A stretch of 64,000 bases of DNA, taken from Rhynchopus sp. YZ270_cl-10 (lineage: Eukaryota). Within the stretch, counting starts at the first letter, position 1. Each line of letters begins with the position of its first letter. Below the pieces are notes generated by a model, which saw only the letters and a program-made list of their open reading frames with translations, ran no database searches and was not told the origin of the DNA. The stretch lies in NCBI GenBank assembly GCA_964035575.1, contig OZ037833.1:1674001-1738000 (forward strand), written 5' to 3'. The translations under genes and the position numbers were made by a program. Shown here piece by piece: positions 1 through 11,567 of the stretch.

Positions 1-630
1 GAGAAACCACTAATTTTTTTTTTTTTGTGTCAAGAGGAAGGAGTCCTGTCGCTTTTTGAAAAGGGGATATTCAGTTCCCCTAAAAAGAAAAAATAACTTG
101 AAAAAAAAGATGAAACGTGAATAGCACGCAATACATCCTATTTTTTTCTGAATAGATAACAACAGATGATAGCTCACCCCCGGGTGTGAAATAGACCAAA
201 AGGCTCAAGGAAGAACCACTACTTTTACTCATAATTTTTAAAAAAACCCCCCCCAAAAAAATGAGGAAAAAAACATGTGTGAGTCACCGTTTTGTTTCCC
301 CCCCAAAAGGATTTTTGTCGTTTTTGTTTGGGGTTCTATTGGAGGCATGCATCTTTCCGTGATTTGGTTGTTAAATTCCTGGGCACCGTACTGAGCGTCT
401 ACGGCAAAAGCAAAATATCAGAGAGGGGGGTGCTTATTTGCCCTTCCTCCCTTGGTGGACGTGTTTTGTTTGTTTTGCTAGAGTTTGTTTTTTTGTTGTC
501 CATTTTTGAGCCATTTGCCCGAGCTTTGTACAGCAATCCCGGAACCACAACAACACAAGGAAAAAAAGAAAATAACTCCGAAAGATGGCCTCACAAAAGG
601 TGTTACCCCCACCCCCACCGACTGCAGAGT

Positions 631-1830
631 CTATTCCTCCTCGTCAACAGCTGTCACCTTCTCACCACCCACGCCGTCAGTCTTTGCACGTTTTCTGTGT
701 TGTTGTGGTGGTGTTTTTTTACTCGAATAGTGTGCATCAGTATGCATACCTCGACTTCAGGTCTGCCGGGGTTCCCTCTCCACGGTTCAGTGCACGCTTC
801 TTTGCCAATTCGACCTGTATGTTGGGTTTGTTTTTATATCCGTATACCTCACGTTCTAACATACCTGCCAGTACGACGGCTGCACCGACGGAAGAGCGAC
901 AGGCAATTCGTAGGTTTCTGCTGTAAGAGTTGTTCCGGAAAGCTGGAACTTTTGCACAAAGGGGCCACTGTCTCCAATGAAGGCCGCGAACACTGTGGAC
1001 CCGGACGATGCGAGCGATGTGGGTGCGCGTGTGGACAGCACCTTGCCCTTGGCAAGCGCCGCCACAGAGTACGCCACGATCCCTACAGTGTCGACCGAGG
1101 CAAGAAGCGTCTGTGCGCCCGACGCGTCCACAGCCACGGTCAGGTCGTGCACAGTCTTGCCCTCAAATATTTCGTCAAAGACAGACTCCCCAGACGGAAG
1201 CTTCCAGACACGCACCTGACCATCCCCACCGCTGGTTGCTATTAATTCATCGGAAATCTCAACCAGGCTGCTAACAAAGCTGTCGTGTCCGAAGCAGAAG
1301 CGCTCAATGATGTGTGTCGCGGGGTACCTCGTGAGGCGGACGTGCTCGTCTTTGTCTGTTGTTGCAAGGAGCTTGCCGCCGAAGCAGAAGTGCATGCCTG
1401 TGATCATGCTTGCGGTGTGTCCGAAGGAGAACTTCGCCTCGCCAAACCCGGAGGCAAGGTCGAAGCCAATCTCGAAGACGTCGCCTGTCTTGTCTCCCAC
1501 AAGCACCTTGTTGTGTGGCGCACCGATGTACGCGATCTGACCAATCTTCTTCTGGAACGGTGCACTCGTGTGTGTCACGTTCATTGCTGCGTCACGCACC
1601 TCAACCACCTTCTCGTCTCCCGCAAGCAGCCAGAACGCCGTCCCATCCGCCGCAGTGACGGGCAGGATCGCACGCACCGGCTTCGTCGCAATGCTTGTGT
1701 GCTGCGCCATCTTGTCCCCAATCGCAGAGAAGAAGATGTGCCCCCCTGTGCTGCTCACAACGTGCGTCGCAGAGCACCCAACTGCCCACCCGCCCTCTGC
1801 CTGCTCATTCTCCTCGGGACGGTCTCCCAT
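631..1830 (-). CDS. WDR4: tRNA m7G46 methyltransferase non-catalytic WD40 subunit (TRM82/WDR4-like); 3 exons 1830-865, 814-750, 694-631 (~364 aa)
   Basis: WD40 protein with TRM82-typical motifs (VGDKTGDV, FGHTASMIT, TDKDEHVRLTRYPATHIIERFCFGH). GT-AG introns 864-815 and 749-695 keep the frame to a TAG at 631. Confidence 0.85.
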
Positions 1831-2009
1831 TATTCTTTTGATGTGTCGTGTTCCTTTTGGGTGGTGTGAGAAAATATATCATTAGGCACAATGTGCGGCA
1901 GGGGGAGAGGGTGCTTTTTGTATCAACAATCGCCCACAGTGTTCTGTACTCAATGTCGCCATTATGCGAGGATACTTTCACGGCATCTTCCCCCCCTCCT
2001 TGGTAGTGT

Positions 2010-3386
2010 TCACATCCGTGCCGGCATGAGGCGCTGTGTGACCATGTCTGGGGTGATCTCTGCTAGGGTGCGTGCACCGCAGAGCTGCATGCAGTTGGTG
2101 AGCTCAGCACGGAGGATGTCTAGTGTCTTGCGCACACCGGGTTCTCCTTGAGTGGCAAGGCCGTAGATGATTGGGCGGCCGATGAGCACAGCGCGTGCAC
2201 CGAGGGCTATGGCCTTGAAGATGTCTGAGCCCTTGCGGATGCCGCCGTCGACGTACACCTCGACACTGCCCAGGCGCTGCTGTGCACGCACCACGTTAGC
2301 AGCCTTCACCGCCGCAACCACACCCGGCAACGCAAACGCAGGCGGCACAGTCCCGTTGAGCTGCCGGCCACCGTGGTTCGACACAACCATCCCCCGCACA
2401 CACGGCATCGCAGCAATGCGTGCCGCACTCTCCGCACCGAGCACACCCTTCACCACCAGAGGCAGGTCCGTCAGCCCCGCCACCCACGCAACCAGGTCAG
2501 GGGTAAGCGACTGGTCGTACAGCTTTGAAACATACGCCTTCCGGTCGCCTGCCGCAGCCACGTCCACCGCAGGCTTCGCACCCTTCTTCTTCATCTCCGA
2601 CACAACATTCGCCATTTTGTACTCTGAAGGCACACTAAAATTCTTCTTTTCAAGCTCCGTTCTGTTCCCAAGCACCGGCAGGTCTACTGTCAGGCAAATC
2701 GCCGAATACCCAGCCTTTGCCGCACGCTTCACAAGACGCTCTGTTATGCCACGGTCCTTATAGACATACAGCTGGAACCACCGGTATCCTTCCGGCGCAG
2801 CCTCTGCCACATCCTCCAGCGGCATCGACGCTGTGGTGGAGAGACAGTTACCTATACCTGCAGAGCTGCACGCTTTGGCGACTGCCACTTCCCCTTGGGG
2901 GTGCGCCATCTTGAGGAGCGCGGTGGGTGCGGAGAGCAGGGGGAGGGAGATGGTTGCGCCTAGCACTGTGGTAGAGAGGTCTGCACGGGAGACGTCGATG
3001 AGGACACGGGGGACGAGCCAGTAGTGGTTCCAGGCGGCGATGGCTTCGGCAATGGAGGAACCGTCATCTGCCCCTGCGTCGTAATACAGCTTGGCTGCGG
3101 GGCTGAGCCGTGCACGCCCTTCACGGGTCACATCGGACACTGTGAACAGACGTGCCAACACATTGCGGTGGATCGTGCCCACCTTCAGTCGTTGCACAAT
3201 AGAGTCTGCATGTGGACTGTGCCGGACACTGTTGTATGCATCCGTCGCATCCCGCCCCACCTCTCTCCTCACCAACGCCTCCCCACCAGGATGCACCCCC
3301 GCAAACTCCGTCACATCCACGACAGCATCATTGATGTACAACAGCCCCTCCGACGCTGCGACCTCTTCTTCAGAATAGACCCTCAT
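2010..3386 (-). CDS. Cytochrome b5 domain + FMN-dependent alpha-hydroxy acid dehydrogenase/oxidase (flavocytochrome b2-like), C-terminal -ARM
   Basis: N-terminal heme-binding motifs (DVTEF..HPGG, RHS), catalytic SNHGGRQL and FMN-binding DGGIRKGSD...ALGA..V.IGRP. Intronless 458 aa. Confidence 0.9.
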   Translation of the reverse strand: MRVYSEEEVAASEGLLYINDAVVDVTEFAGVHPGGEALVRREVGRDATDAYNSVRHSPHADSIVQRLKVGTIHRNVLARLFTVSDVTREGRARLSPAAKLYYDAGADDGSSIAEAIAAWNHYWLVPRVLIDVSRADLSTTVLGATISLPLLSAPTALLKMAHPQGEVAVAKACSSAGIGNCLSTTASMPLEDVAEAAPEGYRWFQLYVYKDRGITERLVKRAAKAGYSAICLTVDLPVLGNRTELEKKNFSVPSEYKMANVVSEMKKKGAKPAVDVAAAGDRKAYVSKLYDQSLTPDLVAWVAGLTDLPLVVKGVLGAESAARIAAMPCVRGMVVSNHGGRQLNGTVPPAFALPGVVAAVKAANVVRAQQRLGSVEVYVDGGIRKGSDIFKAIALGARAVLIGRPIIYGLATQGEPGVRKTLDILRAELTNCMQLCGARTLAEITPDMVTQRLMPARM

Positions 3387-3502
3387 TTCTGGAGAAAGTG
3401 GTTTGTGGAAAAAGGGGATTTAAGAAAAGGGTAGCTTTGTTTCTATGTTTCCAATACACTTATACAGAAAGGGAGAAAGTAAATACTGTGGATGGGGAGG
3501 GG

Positions 3503-5533
3503 TTAGACTGCTATCGCTTGGACAGACTTTTTAACAGACGAGAAGGCGACCTTGGTGAGATAGAGGTAGTGGTTGGAGGTGTCCGGCGCAGGGGAGAGGG
3601 AGCGGGAGCAGGAGCGGCATTCGCGGTCGTGTGTCGCAACGGGGTGGTAGCAGACGGGGCAGGAGGCGTCGAACTGCATTTCATCCTCAAGGACATCCAG
3701 CTCCAGCTCCACCTCGTCGTCGCTGCAGTCCGACCAAGTGTCGATGGTCACATCACTCAGCCGCATCTTCCCCCGCCGTATCTCCTCCTGCGTCTTCAGC
3801 TTCCACCAAATGCACGCACAACAACACAACACAATCACAACAAACACTATCGCAAACGCTGCCCCGCCACCCATCCCCCCATCCTCCTCGTCCTCCTCAG
3901 TCTCAGGCGCAGGGATGTGCCCTATCATGTACGACACCGCCCCTTCGTCTGCGTCTTGGACAATGCAGGATCCTGTGCGAATGCATACAGAGAGCTCGTT
4001 GTCGGAGCCTGTGTGGTAGAGGAAGTAGCGACAGAGGGGTTCGTTGGAGCAGAGGCAGGCGCAGTGCGTGAGGGTGACGTCGGTGGTGTTCTTGATGTCG
4101 GTGTCGAAGGTGCCTGTGCAGGTGGCGTCGACGTTGTACTCACCCTGCCAGCATGTTGGTGCTGGTGTTGGTGGCGCTTCCGTTGGGGGTGCGGGTGTTG
4201 CGGGTGGCTGAGTTGGTGGTGCGTCGGTAGGCGGTGCAGGTGTGGCCGTGCTTGGCACCTCTGTCGGTGGTGCTGCTGTCTCAGGTGCATCCGTGGTAGG
4301 CAACGGCGTGTCCGGTGCAGCAGTCAGCGGCGCCTCCGTTGCGTTGACAGGCGTTTCAGTGTCCGGCGCATCTGTCTCTTCAGGCAACACAGTGTCGGGC
4401 GCCTCTGTGTCGGGTATGTCTGTCTCGGGAGTATCGGGCGACACTGTCGTGGACGCATCAGGAGCGTTTGTCGGAGAGTCGGTCACATTCGGTGACCCTG
4501 TAGGTTCTATAGTAGGCGCAACGGTGTTGGCTTCTGTCATGGGAACGGCGGTCTCTGGAGGCTCGGTGTCGGGGGCGGGGGTGTCTGGGGAGGGCACATC
4601 CGTGGGTGGGATAGTTACCGCTGCGGATGGCTCTGGGGTGAGGGGCGCGCCTGTGTCGGGCACCTCTGTGTCAGGGGTGGCTGTTGGCTCTTCCGTCTCC
4701 GGTGCGGCAGTGACGTTCACAAACGCCGGCTCTTCTGTCTCCGGAGGCAACGTTGGCACCAACGTTAAGGTGACTGTCACAGACACCTCCTCCAAGCTGT
4801 TCCACCCCTGCGTCGCCGCCAGCACCGGTATCACCGTTGCGCTTGCAAGAAACAGCAGGATCGCAAGCCCTATCGCAACCGTCGTCCCCCTGAAGGTAGA
4901 GTTCTTCTTCCCCACAGCAAGCCCGTACAGAAGCAGCACGCATATCCCCAGCCCAAACATCCCCCACCCCACGGCAACGGAGATGGTGTGGATAATCGGG
5001 TCCTCTATGCCGAGCGAATTCAACGCCTCGCTTTGCTTGAGAACCTGGATGCCGAGGTAGAGCTGCATGGCGGCACGCCCTGGGAAGTACATTGAGAAGT
5101 GCGCACGACTTCGGAACCATTTGAACTTGATTTCTGCCATAATCACCATAAAGCCTACCCAAGAGTAGCTGAAGCACGACAACACATACATTGCCTTGGC
5201 TTGCGTATCTGAGTGCCGTTCTTTGTGAATGGCAGACACGATACCAGCAGGTTTAATTTCATTTGCCATAAGAATGCCAAGACCGAAGATACACGCTGCT
5301 GCGAACACAATAATGAGAATCGACAGCCCCTTCGTCACAATGTGCCCACACATGCCACGTCGCAGACGCTTCTCCTCCTCCTCCCGCTCTGTTTCACCCT
5401 CATCCTCCTCCCCTTGGCTGTGCTCATCCTGAGCACGCACATCCTCTCCGTGAGTAGGAGACCCCGGGTCCACAGCAGCCTCAAGCAAACCCTCCTCCTT
5501 GTCATCCCCTCCCTTCTTCCCAAAGAAGCCCAT
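3503..5533 (-). CDS. Multi-pass membrane protein: COPI-associated/TVP15-like hydrophobic N-terminus, Pro/Thr mucin-like stalk, Cys-rich PAN/apple-like module, TM helix, C-terminal CxxC..CxxC zinc ribbon
   Basis: 676-aa ORF. Several hydrophobic helices including HFSMYFPGRAAMQLYLG; TxAP-rich repeats; CACLCSNEPLCRYFLY; AFAIVFVVIVLCCCACIWW; CPVC...CRSC. Confidence 0.7.
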   Translation of the reverse strand: MGFFGKKGGDDKEEGLLEAAVDPGSPTHGEDVRAQDEHSQGEEDEGETEREEEEKRLRRGMCGHIVTKGLSILIIVFAAACIFGLGILMANEIKPAGIVSAIHKERHSDTQAKAMYVLSCFSYSWVGFMVIMAEIKFKWFRSRAHFSMYFPGRAAMQLYLGIQVLKQSEALNSLGIEDPIIHTISVAVGWGMFGLGICVLLLYGLAVGKKNSTFRGTTVAIGLAILLFLASATVIPVLAATQGWNSLEEVSVTVTLTLVPTLPPETEEPAFVNVTAAPETEEPTATPDTEVPDTGAPLTPEPSAAVTIPPTDVPSPDTPAPDTEPPETAVPMTEANTVAPTIEPTGSPNVTDSPTNAPDASTTVSPDTPETDIPDTEAPDTVLPEETDAPDTETPVNATEAPLTAAPDTPLPTTDAPETAAPPTEVPSTATPAPPTDAPPTQPPATPAPPTEAPPTPAPTCWQGEYNVDATCTGTFDTDIKNTTDVTLTHCACLCSNEPLCRYFLYHTGSDNELSVCIRTGSCIVQDADEGAVSYMIGHIPAPETEEDEEDGGMGGGAAFAIVFVVIVLCCCACIWWKLKTQEEIRRGKMRLSDVTIDTWSDCSDDEVELELDVLEDEMQFDASCPVCYHPVATHDRECRSCSRSLSPAPDTSNHYLYLTKVAFSSVKKSVQAIAV

Positions 5534-5826
5534 AAGGCAAGAGGATCACTCCATGGGGCAGGGTTAGTTCCGGTACTGAGAGGTGGGGGGTTGGAGGGAT
5601 GGAGGGATGGAGGGGGGAAAGGGGGTAGAGAAATGGATTGAAGTGATCAGAAATCGTTGATTTTTCTTTTTGGTAAGGAGCGTCGGATGCAACGCTTGTC
5701 CAATGACTGCTGTTTTTGTGTTTTGCAATGTGTGTGGAGAAATACCACCACCCCCCCGCCCCCGTTGATTGGTCCCAATAAAAAAAAAACACTCCGGAAT
5801 ACAGAAGAATATGTTTAAATGTTCTC

Positions 5827-6981
5827 TCATTCTGCTGTTGTTGTTGGTTCAGCTTTTTTTGCCTTTCTGAATCCTTTTGCGCGTTCTGACGCGTCTTTTG
5901 CGAGGTTGACCTGTATGTTGTGTTGTGTTGTGTCGCGGGGTTTTTAGGGGTAAAATAACTGTCAAGAACATCATGATTGTGGGAGGAAATGAAAGGCATA
6001 CCCGATGTTCTTCGAGCAGCATATCCGAGGGTCTCACGTTGTGGTGTAGTGCGGCTTGGTAGACGTCGAGGATTGTCAGGGGCTGGACCTCCAGGAACTC
6101 CTGTGTGTTGGTGTGTTGTTTGGGTTACAGTTAAGAGACACTTTCATTTTGGCGTGGAGAAGAAATAGAAGCGTGCAATTTTTTTTTGCAGAAAAATTGT
6201 TTAAATGACTGTTTGTCCATACCTCCGCAAGCAGCGTCACAGCAGCACGCAACCGCGCAATGTTGACACGGTCCTCGGGAGAGGAGTCGTCGAACACCGC
6301 CTCCTCCTTCTCCTCCACACCCTCCTTTTCCCCGGCGATGGTCTTCTTCAGCGCCGCTTCCTCCTCCTCCTCGGAGTCTGCGTCGTCACGCTTCCTTTTC
6401 GTTCCACGGGCAGCCTTGCGGAGCCAGACAAACCCATTCACACCGATGACTGCCTCAATACCACACGCGAACACATGAAAGTGCGACGCAAGCCGTCTCA
6501 CGAGAACGGCCGGCACTGTCACGAGGCAACCCCCCTCGAGCTTCCCGTATCGTGTAGAGCGTGTGTGCAGGGAGAGTGAGCCGTCGCGGTTGACCTTCTG
6601 CACCTCTGCGCTGACCATGTCGCTTTCTCTGAAGAGCTCGCGCATCTGGCGCTGGTCCTCGAGGGTCTTCCTGCGGAGGTGGCCGCCTGGGAGGTTGACG
6701 TTCTGCAGCATCAGCGCTGCGTCAAGGTGCGCGCCTAGGTTCACACGCCACCGCCCCGCCCCCACCGCCACCACGCGCCCCACCACACAGTCCCCCGTGG
6801 CCCCCACAAAACGGCTGCACGCCGCCTCCACACGCACCATCCTGTCCATCATCTGGATCTCCCCGCACAGACTCGACTGCAACCCACCCTCGGTGACATA
6901 CGTCCCCTTCCCATGAAGCCAATGCGCTGCATCCCCTGTCAACAGCTCACCCGGTGCAACAACAGGCTTGTCTGCTGACAT
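5827..6981 (-). CDS. RRP4: Exosome complex S1/KH subunit RRP4; 3 exons 6981-6223, 6100-6002, 5910-5827 (~313 aa)
   Basis: RRP4 motifs VAPGE, HGKGTY, GDCVVGRV, VNLPGG.LRRK, SLHTRS..YGKL, IGVNGFVW. GTATG donors and CAG acceptors are in phase 0. Confidence 0.9.
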
Positions 6982-7530
6982 TGTGTTTTTTGTGTTGTGG
7001 TACTGTCCGTGTTGTACCTGGTGTGTGGGATTGAATGAAGCGAATAATAGGGAGATTGAGTCATTAAAAAAGCAGATATTCTGCACAACCGAGACAACTA
7101 CACTACTCCAACAATTTATCAGAAAAAAAGAAAGGTGAGTCTAAAACGGACACCGACACTCTGTATTGCAGATAACCCCAACGCATGCTGCACGAGGTAG
7201 TTGCTTGGAACACTGCAGAGACACATAAAGGGGGGTGATGATTTCAATAAAAGTCAGGTAGACGAGGAGGGGGGCAAGGTCGTTTTGTGGATAATTGGAA
7301 AGGTGAATAAGGGGGGCGGGACAGAGTCCCCCCCGTGTGAAAAGTCTGCATTGTTTTTTAATCTTCTTCGAAGTTGTTTTTTTGTGATGCATTTAAACTT
7401 CTGCTGTATTCAGTTCTATTTGCGTGAGAATATTTCTCTTGCGTCCTGAGGAGATTGTTTTTTCCTTCTTTTGAAAATATTTGTGAAAATGTTTGTTTAT
7501 ATTCGCATAGATACAGATGTACTACACTAT

Positions 7531-7639
7531 TGGTACTCCGGAGGGGTCGATATTAGGTCACTGACACAGGGACTTTATACACATCCCCCCTGATATTGAC
7601 AGGTAGTGACAGGTCGTTGACCGACTTCCGAAAGCACCA
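7531..7639. mobile_element. Small TGGT...ACCA-ended element with 5-bp flanking duplication ACTAT (related copies at 33784-33928 and 45074-45142)
   Basis: Imperfect terminal inverted repeats TGGTACTCCGG / CCGAAAGCACCA. ACTAT at 7526-7530 and 7640-7644. Internal TGACAGGT repeats are shared with the other two copies. Confidence 0.65.
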
Positions 7640-8742
7640 ACTATGTTTAATTTATTTTTCTCTTTTTGTCCGTTGCAATTAGCTCAAGATGTCCATACTT
7701 AAAAAGATGAACAATCGCCAAAGCAAAGACAGCAGGAACACCCCTGGGGAAAAAATAAGAGATAATCGAAGCGGGAATCGGGGGGGAATTATTTTCTGCA
7801 GAAACAGAAACAGAGATGGAAGTGCAAATGCCTCACGGTTCATCGGCAGACGCACTGGGAAACAAAGTGGAATAGGTAGAAATCGTGTCTACATTGTCGA
7901 ACGGGTGTGTAACAATCTTTTCGTAGCGCTCTCCAAGAACGCAATAAGTAAGAACAGTCCTTAGTGTTCACCGGAAGACGTGCCCACCCAAACAAAAGAA
8001 AAGTTTATCCTAAGCCTCTCGTGCTTAGTCATTAATAATATATAAAAAAAAAAGAGTAGTTGAAACGTGCTAAAACGCATCTCAGTCAAGCTCATGCAAA
8101 GAGGTGGGGTGTGAGTGGAAGAAAAAGCTCCTGTGTCGGTTTTCTTTATATAAAACCTATAGAAGATGCCTCGAAAGCCTCTCGCGCTTAATCACCCCAT
8201 CGGTCACCACTCAAAAAATATTTGTGTAAACACCCCACTGAGACGCCGGAGGGCGCAGGCACTGCTTCTCCACGGGGCTATCGAACACCCCCAGAGAGAG
8301 GACTTCATCGACATAAAAAAAGACACACAAATTCAAGAAAACTTTCAAAAAGGAAAAAGGGAGAATATAAAGTGTGTAAACACTTAGCCCACTTCTCAAT
8401 CCACAAAAAGGGGGCGCGAAAAGCCCCCATATAGGTTTTAGTCAATCAGGGGGGTGAGGGGTTGAAGAGAAAGGTTTTGCGAGATGACCAGAAGCTTCAC
8501 AGAGCTTAGACAATATTTTTTTGGAAGATGTATGAGCTGGGACGCAATACACCACAAAAAAAATATTAACGTATCCACTCTGTTGATTCTAAAAAACAGG
8601 GGGGGAAATAATCGCGAACGGAAAAATGAGGGAGAGGTTGAAATGGTGAACGCTTCCTCACCACTGATCCCTTTGTTGCATCACGAAAAGCAACAATGCA
8701 TTTCAAAGACCAAAATAATTAACCTCTACTTTCCCTTCGATT

Positions 8743-10886
8743 TCATTCCTGCCAGTAGGGCTTCGATATCTGTTGTTGAATAATTGATAAATGTGTAGAC
8801 ACCTCGCTTCTGGCGTGAGCACGCATTTTTTTTATAAAGAGGAACATACCGTTGACCGCTCTGACGCGGAATACGCTGAGACGGGGGGCTGCGGGAGCCC
8901 TAATGATTCGTTTAGGTTGTGTATTTCGTGGTAGTTGACCATTTCGCTGTCATTGAGGGAGGCTTTGAGGTTGGCCATGCTTGGTGGCTGGGAGACGGTG
9001 CCGCTTTGGGTGTCTGCTGGGATGTCGTGCTCGGCTGCTTCACGCTGTTGACGCTCCGAGGCTGAGACCTTCTCCATGAACTGCTGGTACGAATCGGCCT
9101 TCGTATGGCGTCGCCGTGCGAAGAGGTTCGACGCACGGAACGGACTCTCCGGGATCGCCTCACGCACCGCCACATCCGCCACCTTGCCCCGCCCCCTCAG
9201 CTTGCACCTTGCACTATTCGGTGCAGACGGCGGCCTCGCAACAAACGCCCTCCCAACCCCTTCCGACGCACCACTCGTTGCTGTACTCTGAATCGGCACC
9301 GGAGGCCACTCCCATTTATTGTTGATACACACCAAATGGCACATTGTACGACACCATTCGCTTAGCGCACTCAAAAACCACGAATACGTCAAAACATGGC
9401 TTGGGTACGCATGCTCCTCCAAGGCTGCCATGCAACGGCAGATTCTGACGTATGACAGACTGCTCCTATTGAATTCGTTTAGTGCGTACATAAAGCCGAC
9501 CATGTTTGAGCGCAGGGCGTCTACTAGGGTTCCCCAGAAGTCGGAACGGCCTTCGACAACAACAGGGCTCATGTCAAGGAGAATGCATGTGGCAGAGGCG
9601 ACTCTGTTGTAGATCTGGCGTGCGGCTGGGGGTGCGATGGAGGAGTCCAGGAGGGTGGTGATGTCGTCAAGTGCTACAGAGTCGAAACAGTGGCGAAGGG
9701 AGGACTCAAGGCGAGAGATTTTGAGGACATTAAGTTCTGACAGCGCAGTGTCGCGGAGTGATCCAGAGAAGGAGGATTTGCGCTCGGAAATCTTCTGAAG
9801 GCGTTCGTCCCTTTTGAGAAGACGTTCCGCCTCAGAGCGAAGATGTCTGCATGAGGTGTAGCGGGATTCCTTCGCATCTTCGTCTCCAGTTAGCTGGCGC
9901 TTCAGGGACCGCAGGATCTCATCTGCATCTGCCTCACTGCATCCAGAGAAAATTTTGTTCATGATCCGCTTAAAGTCTGTCAAAGATAGCTCCACTACCG
10001 CCTCAGCGCCCTCTCCATCAGGTAAAACCAGGCCCTCCGACTCAAGGATTTTGTGCACAACATTGGACCCCAAATCTTGCGCGTATTTAACGGTAGACAT
10101 GCGTCTTACAAAATCGGCTGCATCGACAAAACCGTGGTCCTTATTGTCCCACAGCTTGAATGACTCAAAGAGCATTCTGTTGCGTGTGTTGGAGTGTGAA
10201 GCGTCGTAGACGAAGTCAAGTGTTTCCATGATGTGCTTTATGAAGGCTTCGAATTGCTCTGTGGAGAGTGTCTTTGTGACTTCGTGGAGGACGCTGCGTG
10301 CTTCGCGTTGTGTGAGGCCTGATGGGGGTACCTTTGCTTCGGCAACATCGACGTGAAGGATTTTTACTTTGGAGAAGAGTGTGGAGTCGTGCGGTGTGTC
10401 GCAGATGAGTGTATGCAGTGCGGCTTCAGCATTGGCAAGACGGTTGGGGGAGAGGGAGTGCAGCACAACAGAAAGCTTCTTGCGTGCACCGTGTCCCTGT
10501 TCAAGCTGTAGTGACGTATCATTGTCCTGGCAGTTAGGTGGCAGGTCCAGCTCTGTGACCTCAAGGTGGTTGGACCACGCTACCTTAGCACCAAGAGGGC
10601 CAGACAAAGTGGGGTTCTGCGCCAGGTCTTCCTGAAGAAGTGAGATAAATGCCTCTCTCGAAAAGGCCTGCTGCTGTTTGCGTGACAACCGAGGTGCGGC
10701 TGTTACCACGTACCGCCGGGTCAGCATAGAAACCCATTGAATGCAGAGCTCCACTGCGCGGGCCCCTGTGTTGGTCACAAAGATGCGAGAGATTTCGCCA
10801 GCAGAGATATACCCGTTGCGTTTGTCCACATCCCATGCGTATAAACATTTGCTCAACATCCGCAGTCTCAAATGCTGGCCCTCCAT
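8743..10886 (-). CDS. EF-hand-like protein with a dynein microtubule-binding-domain-like segment; probable exons 10886-8850 and 8769-8743
   Basis: EF-hand-like loops WDVDKRNGYISAGEI and WDNKDHGFVDAADF. Long ORF 8832-10904 with ATG at 10886. A GTATGT donor at 8849 and a CAG acceptor before 8769 give a short last exon ISKPYWQE* (tentative). Confidence 0.7.
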
Positions 10887-11180
10887 CGGAAAAAAAAAAA
10901 TCAAAAAAAAAAAAAAAAAACTAAAACTAAAACAGTAGCCCTCTCATAGAGAGGGGTGATGGAGGGGCTGTCGTGTGAGGATGAAGGATGAAGGGTGATG
11001 GGGGGATCGGGGAGGGGAGGGGAGGGTAATGCAGGTTGTATACAACAACAAAACAAACCCAGGAGCAGCTGGCAGCGGGCCCGCGACCCCTTTTCATTCT
11101 TATTTTTTTTTGCGTTATTTTTAAAAGGTGGAGCCAACTCGCTCCCATCACATACTGGCCGAGCTTTTGCAGCGTAATAT

Positions 11181-11407
11181 ACCGTAATTGTAAAAATATT
11201 GGGACGTAAAAAAGTTGAAACGTAAAAATGTTGGGACAGCTGGGCGAAAAATTCCCGTCCCAACATTTTTACGGCCCGACATATTTACGTTAGGGAATTT
11301 TTACGTAGATTTTGTTAGGGAAGATTTGTCTTAGCTTTTTTTTTTTTTTACGATTACCTAGCGAGTAGGCGGTTGAACGTACTGGCACGTGTCAAAGTTT
11401 TCAACAA

Positions 11408-11442
<35 letters not shown>

Positions 11443-11567
11443 GCTAAGACAAATAGGCTCAAGCCAAAGTAGCCCAAAAAATGTTGGGCCGTAAAAATGT
11501 TGGGACGAGCGAGCCTTTTTTGGGCTGTCCCAACATTTTTACGGCCCAACATTTTTACAATTACGGT
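11181..11567. mobile_element. MITE with ~37-bp terminal inverted repeats and subterminal AAAATGTTGGG repeats
   Basis: ACCGTAATTGTAAAAATATTGGGACGTAAAAAAGTTG vs CAACATTTTTACGGCCCAACATTTTTACAATTACGGT. Flanked by AATAT/AATAT (alternatively a TA-flanked CCGT...ACGG element). Confidence 0.85.
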
